Below, piece by piece: positions 1-7,974 of a stretch of DNA of 42,289 nt. Where the stretch lies: assembly GCA_036351155.1 (NCBI GenBank), contig JAZBOO010000005.1, positions 1-42,289 of the forward strand, in the 5' to 3' direction. Numbering within the stretch: position 1 is the stretch's first letter; the number at the start of each line of letters is the position of its first letter. Source of the DNA: Candidatus Krumholzibacteriia bacterium. Lineage in GTDB: Bacteria; Krumholzibacteriota; Krumholzibacteriia; LZORAL124-64-63. Made by a program: the position numbers and the translations under genes. The notes under the pieces are model-generated. The model worked only from the letters and a program-made list of their open reading frames with translations, made no database searches and was not told the DNA's origin.

Positions 1-1
1 C

Positions 2-391
2 CTGCACCTTGACCGACTGGCGGGCCAGATCGCTCACGCCGCCCTCGGCCTCGACCCGCAAATCGTACAGATCGAAAACCGGGACCTCGGGCACAACGAA
101 TGTGAGCCGCCACCAGGTGATGGCGCTGTCGTACACGGCCGATTCCAGCGCCAGCGGCACGCTGAGGTCCCCACGCTCCAGGCTGGCCGACCAGCCCTGG
201 GTCCCTGGGTCGGCCTCACAGTAGACTTCCAGGTCCTGACCGGGCAGGACAATGTCCGGAATATTCTGCAGGGGTTTCTGGATGACGGTGAGGGTGTCGC
301 CCACTGCCCAGGTTTGCGCCTGGATACCCGGGGCAGACAACAGAACAGCCCCGGCCAGCGCGGCCAGGGCCAGAATGCGCGAGAGGTTCAT
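2..391 (-). CDS. Secreted protein, N-terminal part only (runs off the window edge); function not assignable
   Basis: Translated by hand: MNLSRILALAALAGAVLLSAPGIQAQTWAVGDTLTVIQKPLQNIP... Open to the window edge, Sec-type signal peptide, purine-rich RBS (GGAAAGGGAAG) upstream. Absent from the ORF track because no stop codon lies in the window. Confidence 0.8.
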   Translation of the reverse strand, partial: MNLSRILALAALAGAVLLSAPGIQAQTWAVGDTLTVIQKPLQNIPDIVLPGQDLEVYCEADPGTQGWSASLERGDLSVPLALESAVYDSAITWWRLTFVVPEVPVFDLYDLRVEAEGGVSDLARQSVKVQ

Positions 392-429
392 GCTTCCCTT
401 TCCATTCAGTCGGTCATTTCCCCCACACC

Positions 430-458
430 ATTATAACAATAACAGGCCAAATAATCAA
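430..458 (-). promoter_or_regulatory. Sigma70-type promoter for the gene starting at 391
   Basis: Minus strand TTGATT-N17-TATAAT with extended -10 TG, about 40 nt upstream of the ATG. Confidence 0.65.
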
Positions 459-488
459 TTACACCTCTGTTCCCATCTATATTATGCT

Positions 489-587
489 GCGGGCCTGAAA
501 CCGAACAAATCCGGCAATCCGCAGCGCGCCCGCTTCTTCCAGAAGCGGGCACGCGAGGACAGCCGGATTTGTTCGGTTCAGGCCCGC
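489..587. repeat. Long imperfect inverted repeat (99-nt hairpin) at the 3' end of the sqr unit
   Basis: Outer arms GCGGGCCTGAAACCGAACAAATCCGGC / GCCGGATTTGTTCGGTTCAGGCCCGC (26 bp plus one bulged A); inner stem GCCCGCTTCT-TCC-AGAAGCGGGC. Confidence 0.85.
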
Positions 588-694
588 TTGCTGTGGTCCA
601 CCGCCTTCAGGATCTTGAGGTTCAGCACCACGAACCGAAAAAACTGGAACAGCTTGTTGTTCATCCAGAACTTGTCACGCTTGGTGATTTCCAT
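578..694 (-). CDS. Small basic/aromatic protein (38 aa) immediately downstream of sqr
   Basis: MEITKRDKFWMNNKLFQFFRFVVLNLKILKAVDHSKRA*. Starts 17 nt after the sqr stop, GAAAGG upstream, GC3-rich codons like its neighbours. Below the ORF-track length cutoff. Confidence 0.65.
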   Translation of the reverse strand: MEITKRDKFWMNNKLFQFFRFVVLNLKILKAVDHSKRA

Positions 695-711
695 GGTCTC
701 GCCTTTCGTCC

Positions 712-2151
712 CTATTCGGGAATAATTTTCCAGCCCACCCGTCCCTGCAGCTTGTGCATGAACGTGGTGTGGATCATGCGCTTCATCCAGGCCCCGGCCA
801 GCCCCATTTCCATGTGGGTGACGAACTGGTCACGCCCCTCCTCGTTGGGATAGCGGCGGTTGTCCGGCACCACGGGGTAAACCATGATCACCGCAGCCGA
901 CCCATCCCACAGGCTGTCGCCCATGGAGGCGATGCAGGCGGCGGCCATCTCGGTCATGCGCTCGCTGTGGGTCATGCGGCCCTCTTGCACCAGGTCGATG
1001 ATATTCAGGGCCACGATGCGCCCGATGATCCCCGAAACCATGCCCGTCCGCGGCGGGGCGGGACTCTGCGGTATGCCGTTGGGATTCATATGAGGCCGCG
1101 AGATCGGTCCCGGGGGCGCGAACGCAATCCCAGCGGCAAAGATATTCGCATAATTGGGATTCTGGTACACCGCCGGCCAGGCATCGGGATTCTTGACCAG
1201 TTCGTCGTAGGGCAAGCCGTAAATGGCATCCACGGTGACCATCTTGTTGGCCGGGTTGACCACCTTGTCGGCCACGTCCTCGCCATCGGCCCCGATGAAA
1301 TCCAGGGGCTGTCCCAGGAATCGTGGAATGAGCATGGCGTAGTCGTAATCGGTGGTGCCTGTTTTGCCGTCCATGTCCTGCCAGGTGATGGTCTCCGGTT
1401 CCACCAGGGTGACCGCACGCCCCACCTCGGGTGTGATGTCATAGTCCTTGAACACCGCCCCGATGAACTCGGCCGCCGTGGTGGGCCGGCCCTTGTAGTC
1501 GACCTTGAGACCGCGGATGCCGAAATCGCCCAGCTCAGGTTCGTTGCTCAGGTAGGTGAGCTGGCACTTGTCCCTCACGCCTCGCCGAACCAGATCCTTG
1601 TGCACGTTGGTGATGTACTCCAGAGCCGCACCCTGACAGGTGGCCGCGCCGTGTCCGGTGCCGATGACGATGCGCTGCTTCTCCCCCTTGAGCATGCGTT
1701 CCACCGCCGCCAGGTAGTGCTCCTTGGCTTCCAGCGCGTGAGGCGGCGAACAGATGGACCAGGTGTTGCCCACCTTGGGCCCCAGTCCGGGGGTGGCCTC
1801 GAAATCCAGCTTGGGCCCGGTGGCCACCAGCAGAAAATCGTAATCGATGCGCACCGGTTCGGCATCTGGCCCGTTCGGCACGGCCATCACGTACTGGTCG
1901 TCGGGATGCACCTCGGTGGCTTGCCCGGCAATGAACCGGACATTGAATTTCTTGTAAACTCCAGGCAGGTCGAACATGGTCTTGGCCACATCCATGCGGT
2001 CGATCCCCACCCAGACCAGCGAAGGGATGTAGACAAACTTCTCCGAACGGTTGATCACCGTGACTTCGTGCCCCTTGCCCAGCTTGTCGCCCAGGTACAG
2101 GGCAGCGGTATGTCCGGCAAACCCCGCTCCGATCACACAAATCTTTGCCAT
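712..2151 (-). CDS. sqr: Sulfide:quinone oxidoreductase (FAD-dependent)
   Basis: GAGFAG FAD motif, YDFLLVATG, three SQR-type cysteines (ICSPPHA, ATCQGAALEY, AACIASMG), PRTG motif, amphipathic C-terminus. Confidence 0.85.
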   Translation of the reverse strand: MAKICVIGAGFAGHTAALYLGDKLGKGHEVTVINRSEKFVYIPSLVWVGIDRMDVAKTMFDLPGVYKKFNVRFIAGQATEVHPDDQYVMAVPNGPDAEPVRIDYDFLLVATGPKLDFEATPGLGPKVGNTWSICSPPHALEAKEHYLAAVERMLKGEKQRIVIGTGHGAATCQGAALEYITNVHKDLVRRGVRDKCQLTYLSNEPELGDFGIRGLKVDYKGRPTTAAEFIGAVFKDYDITPEVGRAVTLVEPETITWQDMDGKTGTTDYDYAMLIPRFLGQPLDFIGADGEDVADKVVNPANKMVTVDAIYGLPYDELVKNPDAWPAVYQNPNYANIFAAGIAFAPPGPISRPHMNPNGIPQSPAPPRTGMVSGIIGRIVALNIIDLVQEGRMTHSERMTEMAAACIASMGDSLWDGSAAVIMVYPVVPDNRRYPNEEGRDQFVTHMEMGLAGAWMKRMIHTTFMHKLQGRVGWKIIPE

Positions 2152-2218
2152 GGATGACCTTTCCCGGAGCCTGGCACGGAATGGCTCCCCCTGTTTCGCG
2201 AAATTGAAACCACTTTAT

Positions 2219-2238
2219 TATTCAATAACCTTCGAATA
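2219..2238. promoter_or_regulatory. AT-rich palindrome upstream of sqr, candidate repressor operator
   Basis: TATTCAA-N6-TCGAATA (6/7 inverted match) about 70 nt upstream of the sqr ATG. Confidence 0.35.
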
Positions 2239-2296
2239 TTATTACCATATGTCCTCGTGTGTTTTCATCCATTTTTTCAGGAAAATGGGACGAGCC

Positions 2297-2325
2297 TTCC
2301 CAATCAGCCCACTATTTGCTATAAT
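2297..2325 (+). promoter_or_regulatory. Sigma70-type promoter for the ComEC-like gene
   Basis: TTCCCA-N17-TATAAT with extended -10 (TGCTATAAT). Confidence 0.55.
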
Positions 2326-2371
2326 TTCCCATGAAACAGCACACTTCTCCCTATCAGAATGATGGTGCTCC

Positions 2372-3628
2372 ATGATCTCGGCTCTCCCGCGCCGCTTTTT
2401 TCGCAAGAACTTCACCCACCTGGTGGTCCTGTTGCTCGTGGTCCTGTTGCCCACAGTGGTTCTGGCCGCCGGAACCTTGACCATTGCCTGCCTGGACGTG
2501 GGTCAGGGCGACGCCACCCTGATCATCTCCCCTAGCGGACAGACCCTGCTATTCGACGGGGGAAAAAGCGGACGTGGCGACAGCGTGATCCTGCCCTACC
2601 TCAACGCACAGGGTATCACCTACCTGGATTACATGGTGGCCAGCCACTACCACAGCGACCACATCGGGGGCCTGGACGAGGTCATCGCCCAGGTGCCGGT
2701 GGGTGTGGCCTACGACCGGGGCTGGAGCTACACCACCCTGACCTACAGCACCTATGCTGCGGCGGTCCAGGAAGTGCGCGAGACCATCCTGCCCGGCCAG
2801 GTGATCGACCTGGGTGAAGGCGTGACCGTGACCTGCCTGGCCCTCAACGGCAATGGGCAACTGCCTTCGCCCTACTCCAATGACAGCTACGAGAACGAGT
2901 ACTGCGTGAGTCTGCTGGTCCAGTATGGCGGGTTCGATTTCTTCGTGGCAGGCGATCTGACCGGCAACCCCGATTCGGGATACGAAGACATCGAAACCAG
3001 CGTGGCCCCCCTGGTGGGAGACGTGGACGTTTACCATGTCAGCCACCACGCCAGCGACAGCAGCAGCAACCCCTTTTTCCTGCAAACGGTGCAGGCCGAA
3101 GTGTCCGTCATCTCCCTGGGCGACAACTCCTATGGCCATCCCCACCAGCCGGTATTGAACCGCCTGGTGCAGTACGGCAGCTTCGTGTACCAGACCGAGA
3201 TCGGCTCGGGAGGCACCCTTCCCGCCACCGACCTGCGGGTGATCGGCGGGCACGTCGTGATCGAAACCGATGGGTTGGATGTGTACACGGTGGCCGGCGA
3301 TCAGTGGCAGATTGACGAGGAATCGGTGACTCCGGCGGTGACTGGTCCTCTGGCCTCGGTCCGGGTGCTGGGCAACTATCCCAACCCGTTCAATCCCCGA
3401 ACGGAAATCCGTTTCGAAACCCCGACGGCCGGACCCGCACGGCTTGAGGTCTACAACCTGGCGGGCCGCAGGATTGCCTGGCACAGCTTCCAGGCCGAAG
3501 CCGGCCTGAACCTGGTGCCCTGGCAGGGACAGGATGAACGGGGGCACCAGCAACCCGGCGGCATCTACCTGTACACGGTCACCACGGCGGCCGGCCGAGA
3601 TCAAGGGCGCATGACCCTCGTCAAGTGA
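2372..3628 (+). CDS. Secreted ComEC/Rec2-type metallo-beta-lactamase-fold hydrolase with FlgD-like C-terminal domain
   Basis: Signal peptide; LDVGQGDA, FDGG, SHYHSDHIGG, AGD, VSHH and YGHP motifs; C-terminal NYPNPFNP...WQGQD...GIYLY...LVK. Confidence 0.85.
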   Translation: MISALPRRFFRKNFTHLVVLLLVVLLPTVVLAAGTLTIACLDVGQGDATLIISPSGQTLLFDGGKSGRGDSVILPYLNAQGITYLDYMVASHYHSDHIGGLDEVIAQVPVGVAYDRGWSYTTLTYSTYAAAVQEVRETILPGQVIDLGEGVTVTCLALNGNGQLPSPYSNDSYENEYCVSLLVQYGGFDFFVAGDLTGNPDSGYEDIETSVAPLVGDVDVYHVSHHASDSSSNPFFLQTVQAEVSVISLGDNSYGHPHQPVLNRLVQYGSFVYQTEIGSGGTLPATDLRVIGGHVVIETDGLDVYTVAGDQWQIDEESVTPAVTGPLASVRVLGNYPNPFNPRTEIRFETPTAGPARLEVYNLAGRRIAWHSFQAEAGLNLVPWQGQDERGHQQPGGIYLYTVTTAAGRDQGRMTLVK

Positions 3629-3650
3629 CGGGACTCGGTTCCGGGTCCCG
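3629..3650. terminator. Hairpin between convergent genes, possible terminator
   Basis: CGGGACTCGG-TT-CCGGGTCCCG; no clear U-tract. Confidence 0.4.
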
Positions 3651-3652
3651 GC

Positions 3653-5296
3653 TCAGTTCAAGCGGGTGAACGACTGGCGCACCGTCTTGCCCTCGGCTTC
3701 CAGCACCAGCACATACATGCCCGAGGCCACCCGCGCCCCATCGGCGTCATCGCCGCCCCAGGCCACCTTGTTGTCTTCCCCGAACTCGAAATTACGGCGG
3801 CCCAGATCCACCACCAGGCGGCCGGCCACATCGTAAATGCGAACGGTGGACGTCGCGTCACGGTCCACCTCCACATCGAACTCCACGAAATCCAGGAAGG
3901 GATTGGGCGCCATGCCCGTGATCCTGAGATTGGCCTTCTCCGCCGGCGGCACATAGCCCTGACCGCCTTCCAGCAGTGTCAGCGTGCTCACGCCCAGACC
4001 ATCGGGGTCCAGCCAGTCGCTCAACCGTGTGCTGGGGCTTCCGCCCCCCGACCACGAGATGTACAGCCGGCCGTACCAGTCGGGTTCATCGTTCCCACAG
4101 GCGGCATACCCGCCGTGCAGCTGCCCCACGATCAGATGGCTGGCATTGAACAGCGGCGACCCGGACGAGCCGCCCTCGGTGGTGCCCAGGTCCCAGTCGG
4201 CCACCCGCAGATGGGTATTGTTGCCGGGCCCGACATCTTCCAGGTAGGTGGTGATGGACAGGGGATCGTTCTCGAAGGAGATGCTCTTCTCGTCGGTGCT
4301 CGGGTGGTGGATGCACACCGCGCTGGCCGGCACACCGGGCGACCGGTCCCAGCCGGCGAAGTTCACGCCGAAGGCCGGATCCAGATCCTCTTCCAGCTCC
4401 AGCAGAGTGAAATCGCTGATGGAGTAGGAGGCCAGCAACGTGGTGCCGGTGCTGAACTCGGCCAGGCTCCCACCCCCCTGTTGACCACAGGTCGGGCTTT
4501 CGTAGTTCCAGTAGATGACCACCGTGGGCGCCGCACTGGCGGTGACGCTGCAGTGGTGCGCAGTGAGGAACAGAGGCCGTTCGTCTTCGGCCGTGTTGTT
4601 GACCATGACCCCGGTGCACTTCCAGGTCGCGCCGATGGTGTAGACCCCCACCGTGGCGATCTCGTCACGCCAGTCGTCTCCCTCGGGGCAATTCACGTCG
4701 ATGTTACAGGACCCCGACTTGTCACTGCTGCCCTCGCCGAAGTAGCGGTAACCCCAGCCCACCGTGCCCAGCTGGAGGTCCCAGTCGGCGAAGGTTCCGA
4801 ATGGCAAGCGCAGTTCCAGGATGACCTGATCGGCCAGGATCACCGGGGTCCACAGCTGACCATGGGCCTGGTTGTCCTCGGGTCCGAAGGAGTACACGGG
4901 CCCCTGGCCGTCAGCCGCCAGCACCAGCAAACGCGCCCCGGCCGGCAAGCGAAAGAGATCGAACCCCAGCCCCACGCTCAGCGCTCCCGGACAATCCAGA
5001 CGCAGGCGCCACACGCGATCGCCCCCGGCCAGAACCTCCCAGGTGCCGGCATCGACGGGTGAAATCTGCACCCGGTTGGGCACCGCGAACCGGTAGGGTT
5101 CACCCTGCAAAGCGCGCTCGGCGTCGTCCCGGGCCAGCGCCACCTTGTCGGCCCCGGCCATGGTGACCGCATCGATCTGCGCGGTGGGCAAAACCCGGTC
5201 GGTTCCGGTCAAAGGCGTTCCCCCGGTCCCTGCCCCCAGGACCGATCCCGCGCCCAGCAACAACATGGCGATCAGGGCAAAGCGTGTCTTATTCAT
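3653..5296 (-). CDS. Secreted trypsin-like serine protease (lysyl endopeptidase-like) with FlgD-like C-terminal domain
   Basis: Signal peptide from MNKTRF; LTAHHC, DFTLLEL, IHHP and TEGGSSGSPLF catalytic motifs; C-terminal APNPF...IYDVAGR...WGGDD...ASGMY. Confidence 0.88.
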   Translation of the reverse strand: MNKTRFALIAMLLLGAGSVLGAGTGGTPLTGTDRVLPTAQIDAVTMAGADKVALARDDAERALQGEPYRFAVPNRVQISPVDAGTWEVLAGGDRVWRLRLDCPGALSVGLGFDLFRLPAGARLLVLAADGQGPVYSFGPEDNQAHGQLWTPVILADQVILELRLPFGTFADWDLQLGTVGWGYRYFGEGSSDKSGSCNIDVNCPEGDDWRDEIATVGVYTIGATWKCTGVMVNNTAEDERPLFLTAHHCSVTASAAPTVVIYWNYESPTCGQQGGGSLAEFSTGTTLLASYSISDFTLLELEEDLDPAFGVNFAGWDRSPGVPASAVCIHHPSTDEKSISFENDPLSITTYLEDVGPGNNTHLRVADWDLGTTEGGSSGSPLFNASHLIVGQLHGGYAACGNDEPDWYGRLYISWSGGGSPSTRLSDWLDPDGLGVSTLTLLEGGQGYVPPAEKANLRITGMAPNPFLDFVEFDVEVDRDATSTVRIYDVAGRLVVDLGRRNFEFGEDNKVAWGGDDADGARVASGMYVLVLEAEGKTVRQSFTRLN

Positions 5297-6023
5297 CGAC
5301 CTCATCCTTTGGTTCAAGGGCAGCCACGGGCACGGTGTCATCCACCGCCGCGGTCGCGTTCCAGGCAATGACCCAGCCCAGCAAGACCTGGCTGAGATAG
5401 TGTTTGCGATCATTCATGCGCGACCAGCCGGTAGCCACCGAAGCGGCCCGGGCCAGGCCGGGGATGGGCCCACCCGGCCAGCGACGGGCCAGCGTGAGCA
5501 GGGGCACAGCGGCCATGAAGGTATGGCCCGAGGCCGAGTTGTCGGCATTCATGGGCCGCCAGCGCGGGCTCCCATCGGACGACGAGGGTCGATTGGCCCC
5601 CAGCCCTCTCTGCACCGTCCACAGGGTGGGCAGCCCCACCACCATGGCCTCGAAGTTCTTGCGCCCCCAGCGGGTGAAGGCGTTGGTTTTCAGCCAGGCG
5701 TCGATAGCGCCGAGCAGCAGCCAGTTCACGAACCAGAACCGTTCCCCGAATATCTTGAACACATGGGATACCTGGTCGGACACCTTCGACCGGACCTGCC
5801 CGGTGTGCCACTGATCCACCGCTTCATCTGCCCCGCTGTAGGCCAGCAACCCTGCCCCGGCCACACCCGCAGCCAGCTTCAGGAAGCTCCGGCGTCCGTA
5901 GTTGCGTCGCCAGTGCGCGCCGGTGCCCACGAAAAGATGGCGCCGGTTTCCCTTGCGCCGCCGCACCGAGGGCACCACCAGAAAGGCGCAGACCAGACTG
6001 AGCCCGATGATCACCCACATCAT
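5289..6023 (-). CDS. PAP2-family phosphatase-like membrane protein
   Basis: NRP, SASGH and SRMNDRKHYLSQV correspond to the three PAP2 motifs; overlaps its neighbours by a few nt, as in an operon. Confidence 0.7.
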   Translation of the reverse strand: MMWVIIGLSLVCAFLVVPSVRRRKGNRRHLFVGTGAHWRRNYGRRSFLKLAAGVAGAGLLAYSGADEAVDQWHTGQVRSKVSDQVSHVFKIFGERFWFVNWLLLGAIDAWLKTNAFTRWGRKNFEAMVVGLPTLWTVQRGLGANRPSSSDGSPRWRPMNADNSASGHTFMAAVPLLTLARRWPGGPIPGLARAASVATGWSRMNDRKHYLSQVLLGWVIAWNATAAVDDTVPVAALEPKDEVDE

Positions 6024-7180
6024 ACTTCACCTGCCAGCATTCGTCCCACGTCCTCGGCCATGGCCGCCGCACTGGTCAGCCCCGGGCTTTCAATCCCCAC
6101 CAGGTTGATCAAACCTTCCAGATCGCCCTCTTCCCGGCAAATTTCGAAGTCCCGGAAACCTTTGACCACCAGCTTGGGCCGGTATCCGCTCATGTCCGGC
6201 ACCAGGTCTTCCGCTTCCAGCCAGGGCAAGAAGCGGCGAGCTGCCTCAAAAAACTGATTTCCGCGGGCAGGGTCCACTCCGTAGTCCAGACCGTCGCCGG
6301 GAAGGTCGCGCACCGCCAGGGGCGTTTCGGCCTCCTGCGTGTCGGGGCCCAGTCTCAGCTGGCCGTCCAGGTCCAGGCACACGTGCACGCCCAGACTGCT
6401 GCCGTCGGCCGGAGGCACGGGATACACCAGATGCCTGAACCGCCCTGCATGCCGGGGAGCCAGCTTGAAATAGTTTCCCTTGAGCAGGGTCTGTCGCCAC
6501 CGGCGGGCTTCGATATCCACACCGGCCAGGACGGCCACCAGGTCGGCCCGCAGCCCGGCGGCGTTGACCACCCAGGTGGAGGTGTGGGTCCAGCCATCGG
6601 CCCGTCCGGTGCCCGATGGCTCCACCTGCACCAGCCAGCCGTCGGTGTGGCGTTCCAGCCCCGTGACCTGGGCGGCCGTCATGATCTGGGCTCCATTTTC
6701 CCTGGCCTGATGGGCATAAGCCCTGGCGGCCCCTTCAGGATCCAGAATGCCCGTGCGCGGAGAGAACAGGCCGGCCACAGCTCGAATATCCGGCTCCAGC
6801 TTTTTGAGGGCCTCGCCATCGATCAGCACCAGGTCCTCCACCTCATTGGCCTGGCCCAGGTTCAGCAGGCGCTCCAGCTCGGGCAATTCAGCCTCTTCCA
6901 CGGCCACGATCAACTTGCCGCATTCCTGATAGTCCACCCCATGTTCGAGGCAAAACTTCTTGAGCAGTCGCCGTCCACGCACGCAGTAGTGGGCCTTGCG
7001 GCTGCCGGCCGGGTAGTACATGCCGCCGTGGCTGACCTGACTGTTGCGGCTGGTGGTGCCGCGGGCCAGGTCCCCCTCTTTTTCCAGCAAGGCGGTGGAC
7101 AGCCCTCGCCGCGCAGCTTCCGCCGCCACGGCGCACCCCACGATGCCTCCGCCGATCACTGTCAGGTCCAGATCTGCCAT
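6020..7180 (-). CDS. FAD-dependent oxidoreductase, L-2-hydroxyglutarate oxidase (LhgO)-like
   Basis: IGGGIVG, TTSRNSQVSHGGMYY, CGKLIVA, VNAAGL, LVYPVP, LGVH, GYRPK and GIESPGLTS motifs. Confidence 0.85.
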   Translation of the reverse strand: MADLDLTVIGGGIVGCAVAAEAARRGLSTALLEKEGDLARGTTSRNSQVSHGGMYYPAGSRKAHYCVRGRRLLKKFCLEHGVDYQECGKLIVAVEEAELPELERLLNLGQANEVEDLVLIDGEALKKLEPDIRAVAGLFSPRTGILDPEGAARAYAHQARENGAQIMTAAQVTGLERHTDGWLVQVEPSGTGRADGWTHTSTWVVNAAGLRADLVAVLAGVDIEARRWRQTLLKGNYFKLAPRHAGRFRHLVYPVPPADGSSLGVHVCLDLDGQLRLGPDTQEAETPLAVRDLPGDGLDYGVDPARGNQFFEAARRFLPWLEAEDLVPDMSGYRPKLVVKGFRDFEICREEGDLEGLINLVGIESPGLTSAAAMAEDVGRMLAGEV

Positions 7181-7182
7181 GG

Positions 7183-7863
7183 TCACTTTCTTGTGTTCCT
7201 GGGCCAGGGCCAATCGGCGGGCGGCTCGGATCGAAAAACCAGCCGTTCTTTTCCCACCGGATGATCAACATGCAGTTCCGAGGCGTGCAAACCGATGCGG
7301 TGATCGGGCAGCCCCTTTCCGGCGCCATACTTGACATCGCCCACCAGCGGGCAACCGATCAAGCCCAGCTGGGCCCGAATCTGGTGTCGACGACCCGTCA
7401 CCGGCTCCACCTCCACCAGAGCGCGTTCCCCCCTGGCTTCCAGAACCCGGTAACGAAGCAAGCATTCACGACCATCGGGGAACGGCTCGTTCTGGGCCCG
7501 GGTCACGCCGTGGGCGTCACCATCTTTGGCCAGCCAGGCGGTCAGTTCACCTTCGGCGAGCCGGGGCACCGCCTCGCACACCGCCCAGTAGATCTTGCGC
7601 ACGGTCTTGTCCCGGAACTGGCTGGACAGCCGTGCCGCCGCCTTGCTGGTGCGGGCCAGCAACACCACGCCAGACACGTTGCGGTCCAGCCGGTGGACCA
7701 ATCCCAGATAGACATTGCCCGGCTTCGCGTACCTGGTTTTCAGGTATTCCTTGGCCACATCGGTCAGGCAAACGTCGCCGCTGCGGTCGCTTTGAACCAG
7801 CAAACCGGCGGGTTTGGTCACCACCAGCAGGTGGTTATCCTCGTGAAGCACCTCGAGTTCCAT
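7183..7863 (-). CDS. RluA-family pseudouridine synthase
   Basis: KPAGLLVQ, HRLDRNVSG (catalytic Asp), TGRRHQIR, GDVKYG, LHA. Confidence 0.92.
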   Translation of the reverse strand: MELEVLHEDNHLLVVTKPAGLLVQSDRSGDVCLTDVAKEYLKTRYAKPGNVYLGLVHRLDRNVSGVVLLARTSKAAARLSSQFRDKTVRKIYWAVCEAVPRLAEGELTAWLAKDGDAHGVTRAQNEPFPDGRECLLRYRVLEARGERALVEVEPVTGRRHQIRAQLGLIGCPLVGDVKYGAGKGLPDHRIGLHASELHVDHPVGKERLVFRSEPPADWPWPRNTRK

Positions 7864-7974
7864 GGCGCCACAATAAAACAAGGTCTCCCTCTCGTCACTG
7901 TTTCCCTGGAAATCCCCACTTGCCCGATTAATTTAGAATATTGAAAACCCCTATCCTCTGGAGGTCGTTCGCAT

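Noticed and set aside
2172..2186. TGGCACG as a sigma54 -24 element
   Set aside because: The downstream GC is one base off the strict -24/-12 spacing and there is no TTGC.
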